Shown here piece by piece: positions 26,277 to 37,700 of a stretch of 64,000 nucleotides of DNA. Numbering within the stretch: position 1 is the first letter of the stretch; each line of letters begins with the position of its first letter. The position numbers and the translations under genes were made by a program. The DNA comes from Trichinella spiralis (taxonomy: Eukaryota), in assembly GCF_000181795.1 (NCBI RefSeq), contig NW_003526943.1, positions 1,056,487 through 1,120,486 on the forward strand, written 5' to 3'. The notes beneath the pieces were generated by a model. It was not told where the DNA came from. It did not search any database and saw only the letters and a program-made list of their open reading frames with translations.

Positions 26277-28122
26277 TTGTTTATATATTTATTTGTATTA
26301 TATTATAATGTAAATATTATAATGTATTAGCATATTTTATTTTAACGCTTTGTTTTCATGTAAGTATTATTCGCGTTCGCTGGCAAATCGACTTATCAGT
26401 GGCGTGTCAATTTCAATTCCTGCAGAAGAAACGATGATTCACAAATTGAAAGTATGTATTGCTTTGTTTTCTGTTTTTTTGAAATATTTTTTTGGTGGAT
26501 ATATTTATATATGAATTATTTTAGTCTTGTTGTGGATATGAGTTTATCTCGAAATTTCAGCGAATGTTATCTGACATCACTTTGAGCAAAGAACTCACTA
26601 ATAATTTTGTTAACTATTTGCAAGAACGAGCTCTGGGCATTAATGTCCACATGATGGTGCTTCAAGTAAATTGTGTTTGAATTCATATATTCATATATAT
26701 ATATATAATGTACTTTATTTTAAGAATAAGCAAATGAGAATTCAGCATTTATGAAGTTTGAAATGTAAATATTTATGTGAGCAAATGGATTCTTTTAAAA
26801 TTTTGCATTAATTAACAATAATAAAATTAGCTTTATTAAACCATATATATATATGATGCGTTAAAGATGTGAAATGAGAAAATTTCTTTGATGATTTAAA
26901 TGCAAAAGTGATTGTATAAAACTTGTGTTTGAATAAACAGTTGAAGATTAGCCACACATGTTATTTCTGTAGGCTGGTGCATGGCCATTGATGCAGTGCC
27001 AGTTGAAGATACCTATTCCTCCTGTGATTGAAAATGCGATTAACGAGGTTTGTATTTTTTTTATTTTTTAGCTTTTACGTAGTTTATTGTTATTGTTTTC
27101 TATATTTGATTTTTTTGTTTTAGTTTGAACAGTACTACACCAGGTTCTTCAGTGGAAGAAAGTTGTCGTGGATGTTGCAGTTTTCCGTTGGTAGGTTGAT
27201 CTGCCAAATTGTCATTTTGAGATTTCGATTTGATGAATTGAAAAGTATTTAAATTCAAAGATGTAAAATGCTTATTATTTAGTGGATGTCATGTTGCACT
27301 ACCTGCATCGGCGTCTTATGGCTTCTGTTAACTTGCATCAGTTGGCTATTTTGTTGTGTTTCGAAAATCACGATCAGTTAGCACTGGAAGATTTGAAAAT
27401 AAGGAGTGGCATACAGGATGGGGGATTTGATAGTAATTTGCAGTGCTTGATTGACGCTGGTATTTTACTGCGTCAGGTATAAAAATGAATTTTTCATCAG
27501 ATCATTGCTTTGTTTGTTCGATGTTGATTTTGTAAAAATTTATAGTCTGAAAAATTTGATGGTCAGTTACGATCGAAGATAATATTGAACAAACATTTGA
27601 CAAGCAGGCGAGTAAAGTTCAGAGTGAACTCGCCCTTCTTCAGTGACGCATTTAATAAAGTGAATATGAAAATGAAATTCCTATTTATTGAGAAAAAAAT
27701 AAAGTCATCTTTTCTGTATTTCAGGATTTAAGTGCTGGACGTCAGGTGCATGCTGATTTGAAGGTTGATCGAAAGCTGTTCATTGAATGCACTTTGGTTC
27801 GTATTATGAAATCCAGAAAGTTAATAAAACATGAAGATCTTTTGAGAGAGGTTAGTATATGTACTGGAATTTAATCCAACATGAAGAAATGTGATAAAAT
27901 CACAATATTATTTTTTCATTATTTATTTTAAATTTACTATTGCACAAGTTTGTAAAAAATATTTTAAATAGTGAATATTTGTTTTTTGTTCAGGTTATGG
28001 AGCAATGTGTAGGGCGGTTTGTACCAGAAGTACAGATGATTAAGCAAGCAATAGAAAGCGTTATAGAAAAGAATTTTTTACGGCGCACTGATAATGCTGA
28101 TGAATATGCGTATTTAGCATGA
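25566..28122 (+). CDS. cul-2: Cullin (cullin-2-like), C-terminal half; 5' part lost in the gap
   Basis: Spliced exons give FKGDHEFSAALDRAC, LRFVDDKDLFHKYYSRSLANRLI, CGYEFISKFQRMLSDI, VLQAGAWPL, FSGRKLSW, neddylation motif LVRIMKSRK and terminal DEYAYLA*. Confidence 0.9.
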
Positions 28123-28845
28123 TGAATATATTTTCTATTTCAGTGTAGTTTTGTGTAGAAGTTTAAAAAATTTATTTTGAGAAATTAAAAAAAAAACTTT
28201 TCAATTCATTCAAAAATTCACAAAAAATTACTCGAATGACGTTCGAATTGATAATGTTCAGTTTTTAATGGTGATTCTCGATTGACTGTATTCTCCTTTA
28301 ACTCTAACAAATTTGTGTGAAAATTATTTCAGAGTTGTGCGTTGTTTTGCTTACTATTATTATGAGCAGTGAAAGAAAAAATGAATGAATTTGTTTTGAA
28401 ATTTGAATTTTTCAGTAACACCAACGAGGAGGGTATTTTTTATTGCATATATCAATTTCAAAAATCCGTTTTTCCTTCAATCAATATACTGCGCAAGTAA
28501 TTATGTATTCTGAGCAAGAACACTGTTGGCAGATGTGAGAATAAAAAGTTATTATTAAAAAAGTTTGAATAATGTGATAAATGAAAAAATATTGATGCGA
28601 ATTCTCGATTGAAATTTCTGTCCCCGTTTTATGAAATAAAAGTCGATGCTTTTGAAAAAGATGCAAGTGTTTGTATGTTAATTTTTTATATTCTTCATCC
28701 TGCTTTTGTTAATCTGCAATTAATATGTGAAATAATTTTTTTTCAAAATTTGAAATTATTGAATCAGTCCAGGCCGAATGTGTGCAAAGTAGGCAACCGG
28801 AACACAGGATGGAAGATATTCATTGTTGCGTAATTGGTGTCCAAA

Positions 28846-28956
28846 TCAAGGTCGACCGACCGACCGTTGGATTGTACTATCCGGCGCGAACTTTCATCTA
28901 AACCGTATACTGGACGCGGCCGTCACCTACATTGCAATTGGAATGACCGTATACTG
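28846..28956 (+). promoter_or_regulatory. Putative promoter elements of the lipocalin-related gene
   Basis: TCAAGGTCG at 28846-28854 (matches the NR5A/FTZ-F1 consensus YCAAGGYCR) and an exact 11-mer ACCGTATACTG at 28902 and 28946, in a GC-richer patch. Confidence 0.35.
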
Positions 28957-29036
28957 TTTTGTATAAGCCGCTAGAAAAGTGGCACTTGCTTGCTGTTGAC
29001 AACACCATTTGCAATCAAAGTGAACACAGGATCAGG

Positions 29037-30561
29037 ATGCGCTGCTTATCAGTGCTATTGGTGGCAATGTTTGTCTTTAGCAAAGTCCAAGCGCACGGGA
29101 TTTTTGACTGGCTCAATTTTGGCCAGGCTGGTCTGTCGCCGGCACCGTTGTCCACTTCCGGTCAGGTGGTTGACTACGCCCGACAAGGGGTAAACTTTTT
29201 GAGCTTTCTCAAGTCGCTGAAGCCGTTGACTACAAGCCGTCGACGTGCCGAACGTCGCAAGCATCGACAACGTGCCAGACCGTTGTCTGAACAAGAGCCT
29301 GACGACGAGACTGATTTGCATACGGATGACCATCGACCCTTGTTGTTGACCAGTCGACGCAGAACCAATATGCCATTGTACAAGGCTGCTCCCACGCTGG
29401 CGGAGACGGCACAAAATTTTCCCGGTTTTGGAGCTTGTCTACCAAATGGAACTCCATTTTTCAACCACATATCCCCATCCGTATTGCAAAACATGCTTCG
29501 CATTTTCCCAGGGGCTCAAAGTTTCATGCGAAAAATGCTACCCGCTACCAGAGTACATCCGAAAAAATTGATGGGAAAATGGTATTGGGTAAGAACAATT
29601 TCACCTAATGCACTTTCGAAGATAATCATTTTTGCTTCATTCATATGAGGTATATGAATTGAATAACTTCGTTTATGCCATTTTTTCCATTTAACCATTT
29701 AACTTTAAATATAATGTTATTCTGTGAAATATATTCGATTCTTATTTATGAAACAGAAAATTATAAAATCCGTTTGGAAAATTTGTATATCTCTGAAATG
29801 TTTTTTTCTTTTTTATCGATTACCAAAATTTTGCAGGTATTAATGACACCAGCCGCACTTTCTAGACACTGCGCCACATCAGATTGTAAGTTTTGCATTT
29901 TCAAAGCAGTTATAAAGTAATAAAATAATTTTTTCTTAAAATTTAAAATATCACTTAACTATGATGATAAATAAGTTATTTTCTTATCAGATTTTTTGAC
30001 AATCACTAATTTTGATTTTCGTTTCAAGATCATGGATTAGTTTTATCAAGAAACGGAACCGGCACTTTTGCAACATTTGATTCTTTTCGAGATGGCAGCT
30101 CTTACGGCCTACCGAAATTCGGTTTCGGCTATGGTGTGATCAGCAATGATAATCAAGCTTTAGTATACATGCAATCTGATCCTTGCCCTTGTAAGTAGGA
30201 ATTGTTTTAAACAGCTGTGCTATTGATTAAAAATTTCATACTTTTTACAGATCAGGTAGTTTACACCAGTTCTGATTATGACGAAGATGATTACAACACT
30301 GAAACCCAATACAATTATGTGGTACTTTCCAACTGGGCTAGATATCCTGTGATAGCTTTAGCAAAAAATGTGGAACAGTTCATGATGTCTGATTTTGAGC
30401 AGTTGAAAAACGACTTAAATCGAGATGGGTTGCATAACAAAGTTACTGAATTGCTTAAAAGTACAGAATTGGCTGACTGGTCAGTTTGTGAGGCGAAGCA
30501 GACGCTAAAGCAAATGGCCACTCAATTAATTCAAAATTTGCTCAGCAAAAGTTCACTGTAA
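29037..30561 (+). CDS. Secreted lipocalin-related protein (nematode LPR family); exons approx. 29037-29588, 29837-29886, 30029-30190, 30251-30561
   Basis: Signal peptide MRCLSVLLVAMFVFSKVQA; lipocalin SCR1-like KLMGKWYWV; DPCPYQVV and YNYVVLSNWARYPVIALAK resemble nematode LPR proteins. Confidence 0.8.
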
Positions 30562-30935
30562 ATTCAACCTATAAAAACATTTGAATTATCGTGCTTTAAT
30601 ATGCAAAGTAAAAAATTTATAATATGAATTTTGTGTAAAGAAATAATATCTTTGAATATTATCTGCACCATAATATGGAGTATAAAAAATTCGAGAAAAA
30701 TGAAAGTTAGCATCATCAATAATATTTTGTCTGCTGAATGATGAACACGAACAAATGGCAGCAGTTATTGCAAAGCAATGTGTAAAATATGTGAACATTT
30801 TACAACATAAAATGCCATGAAAAGCTTGTTGACTATGTATTCCTGTCTGATCAGCAGTTTTCAATGAAATCTTGCATTTCTAAAAAGCTTTGCTAAAGCA
30901 ACAAAAAGTCAACGAATTTGATCGTTGCCAACGCT

Positions 30936-32219
30936 CAACGCTGCCTCGCTTAGCGCTGTTTCTAACTGGCGTGTCACATGATTCATTTTTGCTCACTCAC
31001 CAACAAATCTCGTGTCACTTGACTTATCTGATACATTCAGTTAGTCATTTATTCACGGTAATTGGTTTGGAGTTTTTGTATTTGGTTATGCTTTATATAT
31101 TTTATCATATATTTATGGTGGGTTCTGTCCATTATGTCAAGAAAAATGTCTGTCTACAAGTAATGATAGCTCAAAAATGCAAAGGAAAGCATTTCTCTGG
31201 ATGTGAAACTACAAATATCAGGGCAATTGAAAGCCGGTGAGTTTCAAGTCAGGTGTGGGTACTTCTCTTAATTTGGCAACGTCCATGACACAAGAAATTA
31301 TAAAAAATGATAAAAGATGAAATCTTTCGCATCTACGACTTCGAATTTTCCAGCAATAAAAGTAACTCGTTCAAATGGAAAGAATCTCGTTTGAAGAAAT
31401 GGAAAGAAGGCTTCGTATCTGAATGGATGATCCAAGGCAATAGTGCTTGCCTCTAAGCCAGGTGACAATTACGGAAAAGGTAAAAAGCATCTTCAGTTAT
31501 ATTCAATAAAAAAGTGTAGATGAATTTGAAAATTTAATAACTAGCAGAGCTTGTGAAACTGATAGATTTCAAAAGCAAACGAACCTTTATGACATAAGTA
31601 TCAGTGGTGAAGCAGCTAATTTCAATGTCAAAGCAGCACAAGAATTTCCCAAGAAACATGTTCAGGAATTATTAGAGCTTCGCAGTAAAAGTCATAGCAA
31701 TGGTGATCTTAAAGAACTGTCCGAACTATGCACTGATAATGAACTAACAGTCTGGATTTAGAAGATAATTCACCTGTAAGAACTCTAACAACAGAATTCC
31801 TCAACAACAGCATCATCAAGAGTGCAAAAATCATGATTCAGATCGTGAACACGATCCAGATTATGAGCGAACATCCAATGCAAGGTGAGGTGTTCATAAA
31901 GTAATTTTTTGCTATAAAGAAATTTTTTGTGAAAGAAAACTTAAGATAACACAATTAACTTTTGACGCTTTTATTATCAAGGAACCTAGACTTGAGAAAA
32001 CAAAGACCGGTCCTTCATCAAAACCACAATGTTTTATGATCAATAAAGCATTTAAGCATTTTCATAAAAATGTAAAACAAATTTTGTTGTTGTATGTTGT
32101 GTATAACTTTCATTGGAACTGATGTACTATAAACGCATACTATAACGACCCTGTTTAACGCTGTTTCACTTTTAGCACTTTTTAGGAGCATATCATGAGC
32201 GTTAAGCGAGATATTGATG
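30936..32219 (+). mobile_element. Degenerate Tigger/pogo DNA transposon with the DDE region internally deleted
   Basis: Broken frames SISLDVKLQI (psq-type HTH), EEMERRLRI*MDD..PLSQVTITEKVKSIF (CENP-B HTH), then ISGEAANFNVKAAQEFP joined directly to C-terminal HVQELLEL; TIR cores CTCGCTTAGCGCT (30945) and AGCGTTAAGCGAG (32198). Confidence 0.8.
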
Positions 32220-32220
32220 T

Positions 32221-32477
32221 TGTAATGTATTGCGATTCTATGCGATCAAAAATAGCTACAAAAAGAACGCGCAGAAACATATTACAGTAGGTGCAGTAGT
32301 TTTCACGTCATCAGTGTGCGTGCGTAGGTTTGTTCCCGCGTTCTCTCGGTGTGCATTGTTTCTCTGTGTGTGCGTTTTCTGTGTGTATGATCTCATGTGC
32401 GTTATACATTAGCTTGGTATTGTGTTGTCATTACAAGTAAAGTCTCTGCATATATCAATCAGTTCACATACACAACA
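32221..32477. mobile_element. Solo LTR (257 bp) with 5-bp target site duplication
   Basis: Begins TGTAATG, ends ACAACA; flanked by GATGT at 32216-32220 and 32478-32482; TG-rich interior like the LTR at ~39940-40285. Confidence 0.75.
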
Positions 32478-32867
32478 GATGTACATTGAAAAAAATATTT
32501 ATTATTAATTTTATTGCTCTTATTATTCTACTTTCCATTTTCACTTCTGTTGGTGATTTTTATGTAAAACGTTTTACATAATTCAATTTCATATTTATGA
32601 ACATATATCAGTTGATAAATAATTTTTAATGATAATTTTAAAAAATGAAAAATTTTAATTAATTAAGACAACATAACTTTAATTTTAAAAATGAATGAAT
32701 GAAAGCAATAACAGAATTTTAACTTGATATGTTTCAATCTGATCTATTTAAAGTTGAAGGCTCACTTAATAACATTTGAAAATTTAAAACAACACTTGAT
32801 TGTTTTTTATTTTAATATATTAAATTATTTTTACTTTATTTAAATGTTGACAGAAACAAACAAAGTA

Positions 32868-33395
32868 TTACTCTTCAACAGCATTTTCTACGTCATCTGC
32901 GTCGCCGGCTTCCATTTCAGGAGGCGGTGGTGGTGGTTCAAATTGGTCTTCTGGTTTTATTTCTGTTGGCTCATCGATTGGTGGTCCCGCTGGCATTTCA
33001 GCTGGTGGTTCCATTGGTTCTCCACGTGGTTCTTCAGGTGGCTGCTTTGGTGGCTGCATTTCAGAGCCTTCTTCAGGTGGCTGTTTTACTGGCTTCTTTG
33101 CTGGTTTCTTCTTCTTTTTCTTCTTCTTATTCTTTTTAGACTTTTTTTTATTTTTAAGATTTTTAGCTTTATTAGCAGCAGTTTTAGCTACTTTTTTTGC
33201 CAACTTCTTACCAAGCTTTAAAATACCTTCTTCATCTTCTTCATTGTTAACCAACTCTGAACTATTTTCAGCATCACTTTCAAGATTTTTATTTCGAACG
33301 GCAGGGCTTCGCGATTTTGCTTTTTTCTTAGCTTCTGTATCTATTATTAGTGGAACAAGCAGCAAAAGTATAACAAGTGAACAAAATCGAACCAT
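32868..33395 (-). CDS. Intronless secreted protein (175 aa): signal peptide, acidic spacer, cationic helix plus poly-Lys, Pro/Glu-rich tail
   Basis: MVRFCSLVILLLLVPLIIDTEA signal; ESDAENSSELVNNEEDEE; GILKLGKKLAKKVAKTAANKAKNLKNKKKSKKNKKKKKKKK; (Q/E)PP repeats. TATAAA about 40 nt upstream of ATG 33395. Confidence 0.85.
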   Translation of the reverse strand: MVRFCSLVILLLLVPLIIDTEAKKKAKSRSPAVRNKNLESDAENSSELVNNEEDEEGILKLGKKLAKKVAKTAANKAKNLKNKKKSKKNKKKKKKKKPAKKPVKQPPEEGSEMQPPKQPPEEPRGEPMEPPAEMPAGPPIDEPTEIKPEDQFEPPPPPPEMEAGDADDVENAVEE

Positions 33396-34016
33396 CTTGC
33401 TGTAATACATGCAAACATCTTTTTCAAGAGGATATTTATATTTTTTCATCGTTTATTCAATGGAGAGAAGAAAACAATAATCATCTAAACTATGCACATT
33501 TTGGCATAACTGCTTTGCTTAAACATACAAAAACTGAAAATGGTCTTGATCAATTTAATTCGATCTAAAGCTGAGGAGAATAATAGTTTTGATGTTTACT
33601 TTTAGTATCTTGCAAAATGTTCACGTTTGTTATTTCTTTCATTTCTTTGAATGTGGAATCTAAAGTACGGATGCTAATGTTTGTTCAAATGATGGTAATG
33701 TAATCAATGGGAAGGACTCTTTTATAAACCTTTATAAAATGTTGCAAGTATCTTAATCTAGCTATTTATAGCCATTCGTAGTAAATTAATTTCAGTTTTT
33801 ACTTTTGGATAAAAACAAATAAATATATTGTAAATCTTTCATCTGAAGTGAATTTTTTTTAATTTGGCACATATAATTATGATAAAGTTGAATTTGAGGT
33901 TCATTAACTTTTTTAATTAAGACAACAACAAAAAAGAAAATGTCGACTATACTAGTTATCCAGTTGATAAAAAGGCAAACTAATTTTATAATTAGTTTCA
34001 ACTAAATTATGCTTAA

Positions 34017-34376
34017 TGTTTGTGAAATTAAAAAACAAAACATTTTTAAATGATGTATTTCATCGTTTTTTGAGCACTGACATTGCATAAATTTCGCACA
34101 GTTCCATATATACAAGCTGTTGAAACATTGTTGATTGAGAAAATTTCCTGTTCTGGTAGAAAATAAAAGTATTATGCTTAACCATCTTTATATTGCGACT
34201 GTATTAATATTCTAAGTTGTGTGTGGGCTAGGTTAGTAGTATGGTGTATTCCATGTTGTTTAACTTGCTCGTATTGTGTGTGCGTTCGTTTGTATTTGGA
34301 CAAAAAATAGACGAGTACGCTATACTGTTTCTACGTTAACTGATGGATGCAATCAATCTTACCTGAATATATAACA
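34017..34376. mobile_element. Possible solo LTR
   Basis: TGTT...AACA ends flanked by TTAA on both sides, with a TG-rich interior; such short matches can be chance in AT-rich DNA. Confidence 0.3.
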
Positions 34377-34789
34377 TTAATAAACTGATGTATGAAACAT
34401 AAACTTCGATTTTCAAATACATATGAGTTGTCTCATTTGCGCTGCTAATGCATAATATTCATGTTTTGATGCTTTTTTAAAAAGAATATTTATATACAAC
34501 TCAGAAAACTTACTTTTGCAATTCATGCTAGAATAGTGTTTCAAAATATCAAAAATATATTTGCATGAATATGGGTAATACTGTCATGTTTTCGCTTGGA
34601 CAGTTTGCTATGAACTGCAGCAGCGATTTGCAATGCTTGCATTCTTCATTTATGGTTCAACTAATGCATGATAAAAGAAAGGAATGAATTTTTATTCATA
34701 CCTGCGGCAGTTATCCTTGTTGTTAACTGTTCATTTACCAGTTCAATGACAAGAATTTTATGCTTGATAAAAAAGATGGAAAAGGTTTT

Positions 34790-36607
34790 TTAAATAGAAG
34801 AATCATCACAATTTTCAATTCTCAACGTTTTTTGAATTACAGAAATTTCAATAATAAATTGTAATAAATGTGCTAAAGCATAATGCTGAAAATATTTCGA
34901 ATATTATATAGGTAATAAATTTAAATAAATCGTGTGATGCACTGTAGCTTTCACTTTACGATGTTTACTTTAAACAAGCAATATACAGCAAACAAAAATT
35001 AAACGTAACCGCTGTTTTGACGAATTTTTTCAGTTTAAAGTGAATTGAGAATTTAGATAAAGAAGGAAATTTTTGAAATTTATACTTGTAAAGACAAAAT
35101 TACGTTTCATTGCCAATTTATGCATTCATTGGTACTCAGCAAAGGCGTAATGCTTTGTACTGTATTCATTTGCATTGAATTGCAATAGTTCTTAGTTGTG
35201 ATATTGTTTCGAAACATAATTTTCATAATCAAAGCAACAAAGCATGTATGTAGTGTAAAAATAATTTATTGTACAAATAATTTCAATTTTAATCATAAAG
35301 CCATATAAAAGTTTTCATTGTAAGAGTGTGATCTTTTGCTGAACCATGAGTAAAGAAAATTACACTCTGCCAAATAATTTCAGAATTTTCAACTCGTACT
35401 TTTATTCCTTTTTAGCTTTTTCTTTGCTTTGCTTTTTTTCTTTTCTTTCTTGCATTTTTTTAGAAACTGCATCTTTTCCTTTTACAGCAGCTTTCTTGGT
35501 AGTTTTTCCAACTTTTACAGCAGCTTTCTTGGTAGTTTTCCCAACTTTTACTGCTGCTTTCTTTGCTGATTTCAAGAATTTTTTTCCCTTTGAATCTTTC
35601 TTCTGCTTTGGCGCATCAACCACTTCGACCTCTTCACCAGTGGGCTGTTCTTCTATCTCCACTGATTCTGGGGCTTCTTTAGATTCTATCTCCAATAAAC
35701 ATAAAGCAGCCACAAAAACTAAAGCAATTAAAGAAAGTCGAGACATTCTGGCTTATTAGTGAAATGAAGCTTGAAGATAATGTTCCAAGTGAAGTTGATG
35801 ATTGTGGATGTTTTTTGCGGCCTATTAATATATTATACATGTTTACTCAGTGAGAACATGCAGTCAAATTTAATATTACAATCCTTCAAACATTTAGCTC
35901 TTAAACAAGCTCATGGATGGCGTATAAATAAACATTTTGCAGGCGTATAAGCAATTGCATAGGTTTGTGCAATTGTCTTACGTTTACATTCCATAATTCA
36001 TTTTCAGATTACAATTAAATGTAAATTTTGTACAGCTAATTTGACAATTTTTTTTTCTTTGCATTTTTCATGCATTAATTACATTGTATGTTTACGCATA
36101 ATTTTGTTTAAATTTTATTTCTTTACTAAACTGGTAGTATGAACAAAAATTATTTGCTCAGCAAATTCATCCCACTTAAATGCTGGCTCTAGCATTTTTA
36201 CTTTACATTACTATTTAGTAGATCAAATTGAATCGTTAATAAAATTTGTCTTAAATTCTCAAATTCAAAAAATATATTACATCTTTTACTACAAGCAAGT
36301 ACATTGAAATATTCTACTATTCATTATTAATATTTTTTCAACATCCATTTTTAAATTATATTCATACAAGACATTTCACTTTTTATAATCCAGATGTCCA
36401 TTTATTCTCGTTCTTGCAACTAATTTCCATTTAATTTTATATGAACATTATTTCAGTGCTTCAAATATCTAGTTGCAATTTACATTTGTTTGATAGTTAA
36501 TTGCATAATATAACCGGAATTTGAAAGTTATTATTGATTATATTAATTAATATATTATGATTAAATATTGAAAATTACAGAAACTAATGCATTTTTTACT
36601 TTTAAAT
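34790..36607. repeat. Segmental duplication, copy 1 (partner ~40300-42114)
   Basis: Near-identical core (offset 5506 nt at the CDS) with more diverged flanks. Confidence 0.95.
35402..35746 (-). CDS. Intronless secreted Lys-rich protein (114 aa), copy 1
   Basis: Signal MSRLSLIALVFVAALCLL, acidic segment, then GKKFLKSAKKAAVKVGKTTKKAAVKVGKTTKKAAVK encoded by a 33-nt tandem repeat (~35485-35560). Confidence 0.85.
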   Translation of the reverse strand: MSRLSLIALVFVAALCLLEIESKEAPESVEIEEQPTGEEVEVVDAPKQKKDSKGKKFLKSAKKAAVKVGKTTKKAAVKVGKTTKKAAVKGKDAVSKKMQERKEKKQSKEKAKKE

Positions 36608-36610
36608 TAA

Positions 36611-37700
36611 ACCCTCATCCGGGCGGCAAATTTTACACCTTAATCCGTGCTACATATGTAGACACCAGAAGATTCGTCATGTTTAACCCTGTACATGATG
36701 CTAAAATAATCAATTTTTCAAGAACTAATAATGATTTCACAAATAAATGATGATTTATTTTATTTCATGCAAGAGCTATACTACATTTTAGTGTTTTCAC
36801 GGCTGCTACATATATATTTTTGAAATGAATGGCTGCGGATTTGCGTTGATTTTTGACATCCTAGTTCTTGGCATTTTGATGGATTTTGCCGTCTTGTAAC
36901 TGATGTTTCAACTTTCCTGTTTTTGGGGGCACTCGATAGCGAATGAAGGCATCTTTTTTCTTTGTCCATAGATTTTTTAATTTTGATATCTCGTTTCGTG
37001 TTTTGTTTGGCCAGGTGAGCTGAAAGCTCTTTCATAAAATGCATCTTTGTCTTCTTATAACTTTGCTGGGGGCTCATCAGTAAGAATGCGTTGTTGATGC
37101 ACGCGTCAACGATGAGGCACAACATCTGAATGGTCTATCCTTTTGCCGCAAAAATCTTATATTCTTGCATCCATGCTATCTACGCCCCCTTTACCAAAAT
37201 TATAGCCATTTATGATGTTTGGTTTTTTATCGTCTCGCTGTTTGTCTATTTTGTACTTTGCGTGGCATGAAGTCATCAGGAGAACAATTCTTTTTTTCCT
37301 TGGAACGTAAATGATCATCGTTACTTTTTTGTTGTGTGTATGAACAGCTAATGTCGTGCTGTTTCACGCAAACGTGCTGGAACATCACGGTGATGTGCAG
37401 AGACTGTATCTACAGCTCTAAGACCATGCTCAGGAAAATATTCCACAGTGGAAAATGATGTAAAATAACGGTCCATAAAAGCGTTTCTGTTAGGGTTCAG
37501 AAATGGCTGTGCCAATTGCTCAACAATGGTGTTTGCTAGACCAATTTGGCGTTGTTCACCACTTCTACCAGTATATAACCAATCTTTTAGAGCACAACCA
37601 TTCTCTGCGTCACATATCTAGTAAACCTTCACACCTTCAGAACAATACCAAACCACACAATTTTGCTGACGTTCTCTCTATTCACCATCACTACGGCTAA
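36611..37700 (-). mobile_element. piggyBac transposase remnant (3' part)
   Basis: Broken frames ICDAENG..YTGR, RNAFMDRYFTS, YVPRKKRIVLLMTSCH, KPNIINGYNFGKGGVDSMD, IVDACINNAFLL and a decayed Cys-rich tail; TTAAACCCT end at ~36607-36615, where homology between the duplicates stops. Confidence 0.85.

Noticed and set aside
32844..33221. Trp/Phe-rich 125-aa plus-strand ORF
   Set aside because: Antisense shadow of the Pro/Lys-rich gene (CCA read as TGG).
35346..35759. 137-aa plus-strand ORF (and twin at 40852-41265)
   Set aside because: Antisense shadow of the Lys-rich gene; its Phe/Leu richness mirrors AAA/AAG codons on the other strand.
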